A stretch of DNA of 63,924 nucleotides, the filler included, from Lenisia limosa (Eukaryota; Protista; Breviatea): the NCBI GenBank assembly GCA_001655205.1. It is 13 parts of 13 records of this genome, joined end to end, with 100 filler letters (N's around TTAATTAATTAA, not from the genome) between each part and the next. Parts side by side here need not be neighbours in the genome. Positions count along the whole stretch, not along the records: positions 33,278 to 40,617 come from LPNZ01010125.1; positions 40,718 to 41,903 come from LPNZ01009831.1; positions 42,004 to 48,751 come from LPNZ01008601.1; positions 48,852 to 51,836 come from LPNZ01008254.1; 9 more parts are not named here. One strand, given 5' to 3'. The position numbers and the translations under genes were made by a program. Positions within the stretch are counted from its first letter, which is position 1. Each line of letters starts with the position of its first letter. Below, piece after piece: positions 37,701 to 48,999 of the stretch. Below the pieces are notes generated by a model. The model was not told the origin of the DNA. It ran no database searches and saw only the letters and a list, made by a program, of their open reading frames with translations.

Positions 37701-39880
37701 ATACAAAGAACAATGAGAGCAAAACGAAATCACGCTACATAATGCACATACGCCAAAACTGTGTAAATGGATACGTTGATTAGAATCGTAACACCTGTCT
37801 TCCCCCCATCAAGTGTAGGATTTTCAAAGAGTATCTCAGATGATACTTGACCCGAAAGTTGAGGCGATTATGATTTGATGAACTCATTTTGGCGAAGTCC
37901 ATGATAGATAAACAACAAGAAAACAAATCAAGTGTGATTTTGTCATGTAAATTAAGTAAAACCCAAAGAAAATAAAATGACCTTTGCGCTGGAATGGAAG
38001 AAACCTCTCAACCTACTCGGAAGGCGAGTCACTTTCTCCGCCTAAAACAGGTGAAGAACGGATTTAACGGAATATAAAGTGGAAAAAGGGAACGCAATAA
38101 AAAAATATATATCAATCAGAAATACAAAATAAGTTAGTGTGGACGAAAAAAACAATAGATATGTACTTGTGTTATTTTGGAAGATTATGGAAAATCAACA
38201 TTTTTCAAGGATTTTGATATCGTGAAATGAAGCCATTTTGAGACCGAAGCGAAGCTCTATGTGCAAATATAATCTGATAAGAATTCATATTTCAAACGTA
38301 TATATATCCACATACAATTTTCGATGCTATGAGTTTAATATCAACATCATACAATACTAACCAGGGGTGTATAACGGCAAACTGCTGTCGTTATGATCTG
38401 CACCACAGAAGTCGCTTAGAAGACGAGCTTCCTCCACTACTTCCTAGGGAGTGTGGGTGAATGGGAACAAAACAAAAAACAAAACCCTGGTGGCTAAATA
38501 CTCTAAGTCATGTGAGCAAAGGAGGTGGTAACGGAATTCCTCACCCCATAGACATGCATGGAAGACAAGAAGAAAGTGCAACAGAGGGAGAAATATGATT
38601 TAATAGGCAATAACACAGTGAGATTATAACCATATGCAACACGTTAATTATGTCATTCCAAGATTGAAAGCGCCATATGATGGACAGATGCTANNNNNNN
38701 NNNNNNNNNNNNNNNNNNNNNNNNNNNNNNNNNNNNNNNNNNNNNNNNNNNNNNNNNNNNNNNNNNNNNNNNNNNNNNNNNNNNNNNNNNNNNNNNNNNN
38801 NNNNNNNNNNNNNNNNNNNNNNNNNNNNNNNNNNNNNNNNNNNNNNNNNNNNNNNNNNNNNNNNNNNNNNNNNNNNNNNNNNNNNNNNNNNNNNNNNNNN
38901 NNNNNNNNNNNNNNNNATAATCAAGGTATTTAGACTGGTAAAATGCAGAAGCACCATATCATTTAACCACATTGAACGCATTATTAAAACATTCCATTTC
39001 CCACATCAAGGGGATCAGACAGAACTTCCTCCAGCAAGGTCTGGTGCTCCTGGGTTAGCACCTGTAAAGCCTGTGAAAGGCGTATTTAAAGTATCAGCTA
39101 TAAATGAGACCTTCAGTCATACTATGTAATTAAATAAAGTATTTATTATGTAATTATGTACCCTCGCTTCAATCTTGTATATGTTACATCGATATGCTAT
39201 AGCAATGAAAAATAAAAACAACAAAACGCCGTCCACCTCATCACGCTTATAAGAGATACTAAACTACAGTATAATAATAGTAATTCACCCAATCTTTTCC
39301 TTTATAACTCTGTGCACTCAGCTTTCTGCGTTCCTCTTGTATATTACATAACCACCCACTAATTATGTATAAAACCTCTCCTCTCCAACATTCCAGACCC
39401 CCCCCCCCCCNNNNNNNNNNNNNNNNNNNNNNNNNNNNNNNNNNNNNNNNNNNNNNNNNNNNNNNNNNNNNNNNNNNNNNNNNNNNNNNNNNNNNNNNNN
39501 NNNNNNNNNNNNNNNNNNNNNNNNNNNNNNNNNNNNNNNNNNNNNNNNNNNNNNNNNNNNNNNNNNNNNNNNNNNNNNNNNNNNNNNNNNNNNNNNNNNN
39601 NNNNNNNNNNNNNNNNNNNNNNNNNNNNNNNNNNNNNNNNNNNNNNNNNNNNNNNNNNNNNNNNNNNNNNNNNNNNNNNNNNNNNNNNNNNNNNNNNNNN
39701 NNNNNNNNNNNNNNNNNNNNNNNNNTCTCTATTGCTATAGTCCCCTCGAAGGTCCTCGGGATGAATATAGTCGTCCACATAGTCATTGGCGTAGATTTCG
39801 CTGTACGGACTACTTGACATCGAGCTTGGTCTTTGAACTGGCTTCTTGTGTACACGGTCCACCACCCTGAATTTTGAAGT
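34731..39880 (-). CDS. Low-complexity Arg/Ser-repeat protein assembled from micro-exons (partial)
   Basis: RS micro-exons at 37255-37187, 36732-36691, 36479-36456 and 36247-36218, plus Ser/Pro-rich flanking exons. Linkage across N gaps is not proven. Confidence 0.55.
39200..39333 (-). repeat. Family Z intronic repeat, near full-length copy
   Basis: Reverse complement CAGAAAGCTGAGTGCACAGAG...GATTGGGTGAATTAC...TATCTCTTATAAGCGTGATGAGGTGGACGG...TTTTTCATTGCTAT. Other copies at ~19913-19973, 22445-22580, 35808-35865, 44655-44740, 59862-59935 and 63865-63924. Confidence 0.75.
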
Positions 39881-40299
39881 CAGGGGAGGGGGGGGGGGGN
39901 NNNNNNNNNNNNNNNNNNNNNNNNNAGTTATAAATGCTACACTAAACTGTTTGCGATCTGAGAATAAGGACTTCCCTGTGATCACAAAAGATCGATTTTT
40001 TTATCAAGAATTTAATACACAATTCATTCCCTTTTGTCCGCCTGAATGAATACTACAGTCTGCCCCCCCCCCCCCNNNNNNNNNNNNNNNNNNNNNNNNN
40101 NNNNNNNNNNNNNNNNNNNNNNNNNNNNNNNNNNNNNNNNNNNNNNNNNNNNNNNNNNNNNNNNNNNNNTGCTGAATAATTAATGAAAATAGACAAAAAA
40201 AGCAAAGCTTGATAAATAAACAATTTTCTATCTGATATGATATCTTGAAATTCACCTGCATTGAATATCTATAAATCCACTCAATGTCCAGGCTCTTAA

Positions 40300-40500
40300 A
40301 GCAGGGTGGTAATTCAGAAAATTGTCACGGATGATGTTAGAAAATTGTTCTAAGACAGCCTTCTTTGAAACGAATAAATAACTACCCGCTACTTTAGTTT
40401 GAAAGAATCCAAGCTTTGGTGTAAATCACGTTCAATATACGTCAATCTTAGAGAAAATTGAACGAAAATCCGAGCCAATTTTCTGAATTACCACTCTGCT
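40300..40500. mobile_element. 201-bp MITE with 25-bp TIRs and TTAA flanks (Kolobok- or piggyBac-type)
   Basis: TTAA|AGCAGGGTGGTAATTCAGAAAATTG ... CAATTTTCTGAATTACCACTCTGCT|TTAA, with one mismatch in the TIR. Confidence 0.75.
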
Positions 40501-40799
40501 TTAACACGCCTCACGGTTCAGCATTTTGTGACGTTGAAGTGGAGGAGTTCCATGGCATGCGTGTCTTTCTACACAATGTTAGATACGTAGAAATGAGAAA
40601 TAAAAGGTGGTAAAAAANNNNNNNNNNNNNNNNNNNNNNNNNNNNNNNNNNNNNNNNNNNNTTAATTAATTAANNNNNNNNNNNNNNNNNNNNNNNNNNN
40701 NNNNNNNNNNNNNNNNNAGGCCAGTCGCTTCTGCAAGTAAATTGGAAAATTTAAGAACTAAAAAACAAACAAAAAAAGGCAAATGGTATACTGACCTGA

Positions 40800-41903
40800 C
40801 CCCCCCACTCTAATTGCCTCTCTAAATTCCGAGTCCTGGCTGAAAAAAGCGTTCTGTGCACGAATGTCCTCCTTTTGCTGTTTGGCTTTGGTTGAAACCT
40901 AAAAGGGACTGTCAGAAAACATACTATGGGTGAGGCTTTAGGATTAAAGGAAAGAGTGTAGATAAAAGATAAATACGCTCATACATACCACTCACCTCTT
41001 TAAGCTTGTTTTTGATGACCTTCAGAGCATCGTTGTCATTTTGAAGGTCAACCTTCAAGGCTTTGATTTTGTCCAATTGATCCTTACATCTACCAAGTTT
41101 AATTGTTGATATAATTTGCTACTTTACATCTTCTGATAAACTATTCATAACACTATGTTGCATGATTGGCTCGCCAAATATGATACTAAAAATAGAACCT
41201 TATATGTAAACTGTGTCAAGTGATATCACAAGCACATTCGAAATAATCACAACATCAAAAAAGAATAAAGGAAGAAATATCCCATACACCACACCCCCCC
41301 ACTTTTTGTCCTTATCTGNNNNNNNNNNNNNNNNNNNNNNNNNNNNNNCTGTAATAGCCGTTTGAAGGTCGGCCTTGACGTCGTCAACCTTCTTCTTTTG
41401 GTCTGCATATTCCTGGGGGGGGGGTGAGGGGTATGCGTGGTGTATTAATTGAGTGGAATTCCTATGGGGGACCAGGACGAGGAGGGCCTACAGCCGCTGC
41501 CGCGAAGGAGTATGAAGAACGGCTTGCACGGGAGGAGGCCNNNNNNNNNNNNNNNNNNNNNNNNNNNNNNNNNNNNNNNNNNNNNNNNNNNNNNNNNNNN
41601 NNNNNNNNNNNNNNNNNNNNNNNNNNNNNNNNNNNNNNNNNNNNNNNNNNNNNNNNNNNNNNNNNNNNNNNNNNNCACACGAGGGTTGATAACAACAATA
41701 CAAACAAAGCCCGGCCAGTCACTTCTACAGTATAGAATAATATTAATTCACCCAATCATCTCCAGCTCTGTGCACACAGCTTTCTACGTGACTCCCTAAT
41801 TACTCTAAACATATTTGTACTTGCCCCACTAACCTGCATGTACTTGTCCTTGTCCTTCTGTAAGGCATTCATGGCACTCTTGAGCTCAGTGTTTTCGTGA
41901 CGA
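40800..41903 (-). CDS. Coiled-coil protein fragment
   Basis: Exons RHENTELKSAMNALQKDKDKYMQ, EYADQKKKVDDVKADLQTAIT, DVKDQLDKIKALKVDLQNDNDALKVIKNKLK and VSTKAKQQKEDIRAQN. Confidence 0.5.
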
Positions 41904-42011
41904 NNNNNNNNNNNNNNNNNNNNNNNNNNNNNNNNNNNNNNNNNNNNTTAATTAATTAANNNNNNNNNNNNNNNNNNNNNNNNNNNNNNNNNNNNNNNNN
42001 NNNCCCCCCCC

Positions 42012-44145
42012 AGGTTGTATTCTACAGCGAATCGGGCTGCTCACGCGCACCTGCTTTGGTGATTGGTTAGGGGGGACACGTGAACTTTTCCAAAATTGAA
42101 GAGCATAATGTGGGATTTTCTGATACAAAAGTGAACACTTCTGCTTTCAGTCCCTTTTAGTTTTCATATTTTTTTATTTCAATGAATATTATTATTAGTA
42201 CGATATCTATACATCTCATATACCGTTCTTCTTTTTTTTTCTGTTGTGGAATTGTCATCTACACCACACGAAGCGCTATTTCAAGAGAGTCGCACGGATA
42301 GTTGGTATATTGTTTTTTCCTTTTTTTAAAAACATGACTTGATATTGGAAAATTTGAAATTAAAGATACATTTCAGAGAGAGAGAGCGAGAGGTAGTACT
42401 CTACATCTAATAATATTCAAAATTTGTAATTTTTAAATTGCTCAAATGACGAAGAGGTTAATGTATTATCGATCTCTTTATTGATTATATTCGACGATAT
42501 ATCCTCCAAATAATTCCGGTTCCGGTCATTGTAAAAAAAAACGTTTCCCGGAGGAACCGGAACCGAGAGTAAACCTTTATTAAAAATAACTGATAATATC
42601 ATCGCAATAACAATGAATCCCAAGATAAGAAAAAAATGCCACCGTTCCAGTTGCGAAGACGTCGTTTAGGGGCCGTCAGTCTGGTGGAGTTGTGTAATGC
42701 AGCTTCGACAGCGTCAACCAAGAGACCACTCTTAAGATTTGCACTAACTGGTACATCAGCGCCACATCAAAATCATCGAACGGAAATATCATCTCCTAGA
42801 ATAGTACATTTACAATTTATTTGAAATCAAGTAAATTCACGATTCGCTTACACTCTTGAGCTGTGGTCATTAGCTCGGGGCTCTCTCCCTGTGCGGACAG
42901 TAGAACCTGATGATAATAAGGGACGACTCACAATTTGAAACGTGTGGGTTTGTTGATAAAATCGTGAATTACCGCAAAAGCCTACTCTTGAGAACAAGCT
43001 GCCAAACCATTTTTCAGTAGTCATAGTGAAACGAACCCTGTTCTCGATTACCTCTAGCGTATTTGATTGAGCTTTGGAATTTGCCAGTTGCCCCACAGCT
43101 CCTTTACCCCCTGTTGCTTTTCATCTTTTCCTTTGCTTTTCATCTTTTCCTTTGCTTTTCATCTTTTCCTTTGCTTTTCCTTTGCTTTTATATTTTGCTT
43201 TGCTTTTCCTTTGCTTTTCCTTTGTTTTTCCTTTGCTTTTCCTTTGTTCTTCTTTAGTTTTTTTATCTTATATCGCCTTTCATTTGATGTCCTGTTGGTT
43301 ACAAAAGCTCTCTTATTTTGGCTCAACCTAATCGTAGCATCTTTTTTGTTGCTTAAGAGTTCTGTTCTTTGATTAAAAACGTTACATATAATACTATGAA
43401 TCAACAGGTTTTTATTATTATTAATATTTTTGTTTTGCGTTACGTTTCAATATTTCACCTTCCTTTTTTTTTCGCTCCATACCATCTTTTTCATTCCCCC
43501 TCCCCCCAGCATACCTGATGAGTGTGTACGGTTTGCGGTTCTTCGAGTCTTTGGTGATGGTAACGGCCGTGCGTCCTATTGTCAGAATCCACCCGGCCCT
43601 CTCTGCCTTGCTCTCAGGTCTCGACAGAGAGGTACGCAGCCTTTTTGTCTTGTTATTGCGATTTGATCAAAGTAGCTCTTACCTTCCTCCACCCTTCTTA
43701 CATGGAGCCTTCCTCCACCCTTCTTACGTGGAACCTATTATTTTCTGTGTCACCACCCAGTTGTTTGCTATGCGGTCTTGGTGTCTTCCGCTTCAGCAGG
43801 TGAGCTCGATTGTGATGACAATAGCAATTCAATTCAGGCATTTTATATTACCTTTGTTCAGTTTTACCCATAACCCTATTTGCTGCCCTACCCCACACAT
43901 AATCAGCCTATTCCTTGCTTACCCGCAGTATCAATGTCCGTGCGGTTCTTGTAGTATATCCCTGGCGCCGGAGTCCTTTACAGCGTTCCACCGAACTCCT
44001 GCGGCAAATGCTGGTAGAAATCCGTTCCCATGTTGCTGTAACGTCAGGCCTGGAGACAACTGCCCTGCACCAAGCTGCAAAGTGGGCGGTGTTTCTCATC
44101 AATCACTATCTCTACACGAAAAACAGGCTGCACCGTATTTTGTGA
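42012..44145 (+). CDS. Probable spliced gene, exon frames unresolved
   Basis: C-run acceptors on + at ~42011 and ~43509, a pyrimidine-rich intron, and a terminal open segment INVRAVLVVYPWRRSPLQ...LHRIL*. Alternative frames and strands cannot be excluded. Confidence 0.25.
43113..43250 (+). repeat. Pyrimidine-rich minisatellite (TTTGCTTTTCC / TTTGCTTTTCATCTTTTCC units)
   Basis: Directly visible tandem units; they explain the spurious F/L/S-rich ORFs here. Confidence 0.85.
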
Positions 44146-44259
44146 AGATTTTTCACATCGAAAAGACTAAGTATAAAATGATGAGCTACTAAGACAATTC
44201 ACGTTTAGCTACATAGGCGGATGGTGACTAAGACAATTCACGTTTAGCTACATAGGCGG

Positions 44260-45760
44260 ATGGTGAGCTTACTGTTTCAGACTGGTTTGGACACAGTCAA
44301 AGCCCGTCATGGCATTGTTGACGACGCGATTTGGTGGGGCTATATGCTACCAAGGTTGGAGTGGAGAGGGGCGTGATTGATCACTAAACAATTCGATCTG
44401 AATTATTATCTGCATTGTTGGCCCATACGGATTAACACTATTATATGATATATATGAATTCCTTGACCACCCAGTGTGGTGTTTGGCCTCCCGTCGGCTG
44501 CAGAGAAAGTCCCAATGAATCACTCCGATATGGACCCGAACGGCAAGCCATCAGTGGGGGAGGGGGGCTTACACCAACTATATAATATAGATAGTATATG
44601 ATATATGATATCTACAGTGACCGGGATTAGTCTTATACTATCATACATATAGTATCATATATCATAGAGATGAGAAATAAAGCAAGGTTGTGTCTGGCCG
44701 AAGCCGTCCACACCATCTACATATATAATATTAATTCACCCATCAGCCCCTATTCAACGCGCCTTATCTAAAATAAAAAATCTCACACGGTTCAGAACTT
44801 ACGGCGCCGAATGTCCATCGTCGAAAAGAACTGGCAGGTTGGTCGTAGTGTTGGGATTTGGGTAGGACAGAATCAACAATTTACCATTTCACTATTGCGC
44901 AATTCATATAATTTTAGGTCTGGCGATGCTCCATATGTCAGGCGTGGACCCATGCCACGCGCACGCGAGGAGAGAAGGNNNNNNNNNNNNNNNNNNNNNN
45001 NNNNNNNNNNNNNNNNNNNNNNNNNNNNNNNNNNNNNNNNNNNNNNNNNNNNNNNNNNNNNNNNNNNNNNNNNNNNNNNNNNNNNNNNNNNNNNNNNNNN
45101 NNNNNNNNNNNNNNNNNNNNNNNNNTTAGGGTTTTCGGAATAAAACGTCCTCGTTATTTCCTGCTGATTCCCTACCCCCAGATGTTAGCCGTTGTTACAA
45201 ACTTCCCAGTGGGGTACGTAGCTTCTGCTTATGACAACGACAACAAATCATCAGCATCCGTGGGCATTTGTTAATTTCAGAGTTCATCCGTCACATTCCT
45301 CTTTTCATTTTGACCCCCCCCCCCTCACATTCTATGCAGAAGTGTGACTTTTTTTTTGTTTTAACCCCGTGTGTTTCGCTGCTTTTTAGCCAACTTTGTT
45401 GATTATGATGGGGGGTTCGCTTTAGCCAACTTTGTTGATTATGATGGGGGGTTTGCTTTATATTCTTTTTATGTACGCTGGAGTGATGGGATGCGGTGCT
45501 TCAGAAGAGACTGACCTGGGCTTTGTTTGTTGTTATTAACCCTTGTGTGTTTTCAGCCAACAGAGTTGATTTTGGGCTTTTTTTTTTTCATAATACCCTC
45601 CCTCCCCCAGGTGCCCCGGCCGCGGATGACAGGATACCACCCGACAGACGTGTTTGTGGACCCGTCGGAACTGATCGGAAGACATCGCTCATTCCAGGCG
45701 GCCGTGGCCCAGGCCGGGCTACCCGCTGATGGTGTTGAATTGTGGGTGTTGACCCCATAA
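44260..45760 (+). CDS. Small multi-exon protein with a CxxC motif (possibly Mss4/GFA-like zinc-binding fold)
   Basis: ATG|gtgag at 44260. Exons TGLDTVKARHGIVDDAI, VWRCSICQAWTHATRT and last exon VPRPRMTGYHPTDVFVDPSELIG...ELWVLTP* after the acceptor at 45610. Confidence 0.42.
45473..45610 (+). repeat. Family Y intron-end repeat, near full-length copy ending at the 3' splice site
   Basis: GTACGCTGGAGTGATGGGATGCGG...CTGGGCTTTGTTTGTTGTTATTAACCCTTGTGTGTTTTCAGCCAACAGAGTTGATTTTGGGCTTTT...CCCCCAG. Confidence 0.85.
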
Positions 45761-46416
45761 GGCCGTTATGTTGTCGATATTTATCGCAAATGAGGGCTTC
45801 GGATGTATTATACTGATTGATATCAACCTTTTGTTGTGTCTCACTCTTTTTAGATAAGCACCTCGCATTGTATTTATATTGTTTAGTTATGGTTGGCTGT
45901 ATTTAAGTTTTCTTGTTACTAAGTCTGTGTTTAGAAGATTGTTTCGATGTATCAGTGTATGTTGTTTGTAAATGAGGTGACTCTATTGTTTGTGCTGAAC
46001 TGTCATCTAGATAATCATACCATCATTATACCATCATACCCATATTTCTGCAGCAATATATCTGTAGCTTACTAGCTTACCGGCTTCCTGCAAGCTTCCC
46101 GCAACTTCCTTGCAACTTCCCGTCAGCTTTCTGTGAATTTTTTTGCCTAGATTGCAATTAAAAATGGAAAACCTAAGATCAGATTCTAATATTAATATTC
46201 CGCGACCGGACCTTGAAAAATAGATTTGTAGAAATTTGTAACAGATTTTTAACGACCATTTAAGACCTACTACTACTGATATAGTATTATATTGAGGTAA
46301 CCCAGAACACCATACCTCAGTTTGGACTTTTGAGTTTCACATATTTCACTAGACTGGACTCTGATACACCGTTTTCCACTCGTTATAGCATATCCTTCAT
46401 CTTTTAAGACTCAGAA

Positions 46417-48751
46417 ATGTCATTTGGTAGGAGCAAACGGCCAACAGTCATGATTGACCCTATAGGATATCAAACCAGTGGCGACTTCGATGCCGTTCTC
46501 GCCCAGGTCGGTCATTCTACGCATATATATTGTAAATACGGACTGAATTTGCTCTTCTTACATCTCCCCCGGTCTGTTAACACATTACAGAGCAGATCAA
46601 CCGTGTCACAATTGAACACGTTGGTTGGCAGCCTCAAGAAGAGTGTTGATGTTCTTGGAACGGAAAGAGACACACAAGACTTTAGACGGAAGCTGTAAGG
46701 GGGACACGTTCACAGATCTCATGGTGAGTGAACACACAACTGTGCCTTTTTCAGTTAAGGTGATTTTCACTGCCCCCCCCCTTTTTTTTTTTTGTTCTCA
46801 TTAATGTCTGTTTTTTTAATATATATTGTTGTTCTGTTATATCTCATTATATTATGGCTTTCAACATCCCGCACCCAACTGGATAAAAGGGTTTTATGAG
46901 TTCTGTTCATTGTCTTATTTTTCATATGATATATACTCCACATTACTTTCTTTTCCTCCTGAGGAAGACAGCAAACTAAACAGGGAATGGATATCTTTAG
47001 TTTTTCAAACCCTCACTTTTATCTTGCGTGTCTTATAAATGCCCATTCACCGCCTTTTGATGCTCTAGTTTTGTTTTGTTTTTGTTTTGATTTTTAATGT
47101 GGATTATTCACCTTTTTGTACATATTAATCATCGAAATTTCCTTCTCTTTACTCTCCCAATAATTCTCTTCGTTTTACATTGCACTTTCGTATTATTCGG
47201 TTCGTTATTAGTACCTTTACACCAATATTCTTCACCGAAATTCCCTTCGCTTTACCCCCCCCCCCAGTAATGCTCTGACGATGAAAGCGAAAGGCAAGGC
47301 CAAGGAGGCAGGGGAGGCAGTCAAGGCCGTTCAGAGCCATCCCTCCGGTCCGGATGAGAAGGTTTGAGGGACTGTTGTATACCACATAGAGAAAACTGTT
47401 GTATGCCGCATAGAGAAAGCTATTGTAAGCGGTCATTATGAGTAAATTGTTATTAAATAACTGTTAACATTTACCGCCACCCAAGGCATGAGATCTGTAT
47501 TGTATTTCTTTCAAGTGTTTCGTGTGTGTTGTATAGAGAGTATTTTTGTTTTATTAATAACACGTTTTCCTTTACGATGTTGTTTTTTCAGCAGCATTTG
47601 ACCCCGCAGCGCAACCATCGAATGCAAGGAGACAGGCTGCGGAAGGACTTCGAAACAGTCCTTCACCGCTTCCAAGAAATCACATCAACTAGCCAGGAGA
47701 AGATCCAGCAATAGTGCGTTGGGAATAGCAGCAACACTATGATAGATTTATCAAGAGAAGTGTGAGGCCTCGCATTACCCTTTGCGTCTGGATGATAGGG
47801 TTTACTTTGCCCAACGGAAGAAATACGACCAAATCCGATCTTTTAGGTATCAAAGTAGTATTACTTTATTTCTTTTTTTCATTTGTTCGCACAATAAATG
47901 GGGAAATGGACCTATTTAGTCTTGTCATTTCACGCCTTAGCCTCCCAAAAGCCTCCGCAAATGACCTTCAGCTTGATGATGATGATGGTGACGTCATGGA
48001 AGAGTGGGGGGGGGAGTAAAATAGGAAAATTTATGCAACAACAAAAAAACCAAATCAACTCTGCAATGGCGGTGCAAGAGGGGGGAGGGAGAATTTAAAC
48101 TCCCGAATATAATGATGTTTGTCGTCAAGTAGAGGTCTTAGTCCGGCCCGTTATTTACGACCTAGGGAGAGGAGGCGTAAGGAGCAGCGCCGTGCCGATC
48201 TCGACCGTAGACAGTGGGTTGAAGCTGTTACTGACCTATTGATCTGATGTTTCTGCTTTCCTTATGCCGACATTTTTTGCTTTATAATACGGCTTCCTCA
48301 CCATGCAGTCAGCAACAGTCCATGGTGGAGGCTGACCTCGAGCAGAACGAAGCGTTAATCGCCGGTAGGCCTCTCGATTGTTGCGGTTTTATGGGCTGCT
48401 GCTTTTTTGTTGTTTTTTTGGGGGGGTTTTTTTTTNNNNNNNNNNNNNNNNNNNNNNNNNNNNNNNNNNNNNNNNNNNNNNNNNNNNNNNNNNNNNNNNN
48501 NNNNNNNNNNNNNNNNNNNNNNNNNNNNNNNNNNNNNNNNNNNNNNNNNNNNNNNNNNNNNNNNNNNNCCGAAAAAACTGCCTGTTTTCTTCTTCTTGTT
48601 TATAATAAAATTCGGCTGCACCTTCATTGCCCCATTCGTTTGATTCAACACCTTCATTGCCCCCCCCCACCCAGAACGTGAGGAGGGCATTGCACAAATT
48701 GACACTACAATCCATGAGATCAATGACATCTTCAAGGACTTGGCTACTATG
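46417..48751 (+). CDS. STX7: Syntaxin-7/12 (Pep12/Vam3-like) endosomal Qa-SNARE (3' partial)
   Basis: Exons join in phase: SLKKSVDVLGTERDTQDFRRKL, LRKDFETVLHRFQEI, and the SNARE motif EREEGIAQIDTTIHEINDIFKDLATM. Confidence 0.85.
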
Positions 48752-48999
48752 NNNNNNNNNNNNNNNNNNNNNNNNNNNNNNNNNNNNNNNNNNNNTTAAT
48801 TAATTAANNNNNNNNNNNNNNNNNNNNNNNNNNNNNNNNNNNNNNNNNNNNTTTACCAAATCCAGACGTGACATTCATGTGACATTTTTTGGGCTCCGTG
48901 CAATTAATTTTGTGAAGAAAATAATTGACAAAATTTGAAATTAATGTCTGAAATTGAGTACAGTAATGTGTATCATTCCAAATTTTGAAATTATTTTTT

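Noticed and set aside
39200-39333. Family Z as an intronic C/D snoRNA
   Set aside because: Only partial box C-like words, no properly placed CTGA on the sense strand, and many diverged or truncated copies, which fits a mobile repeat better.
41424-41735. Plus-strand ORF GGPGRGGPTAAAAKEYEERLAREEA
   Set aside because: Surrounding exons, splice signals and the Y/Z repeat all indicate a minus-strand gene; the ORF spans an N gap and has no support of its own.
43063-43404. Several overlapping F/L/S-rich or K/E-rich ORFs resembling membrane proteins
   Set aside because: Translation products of the TTTGCTTTTCC minisatellite.
43970-44020. STELLRQ peptide similar to a MECR segment
   Set aside because: Flanking residues do not match MECR (no LNCVGG or TYGG), and the true MECR fragment is on another scaffold; treated as coincidence.
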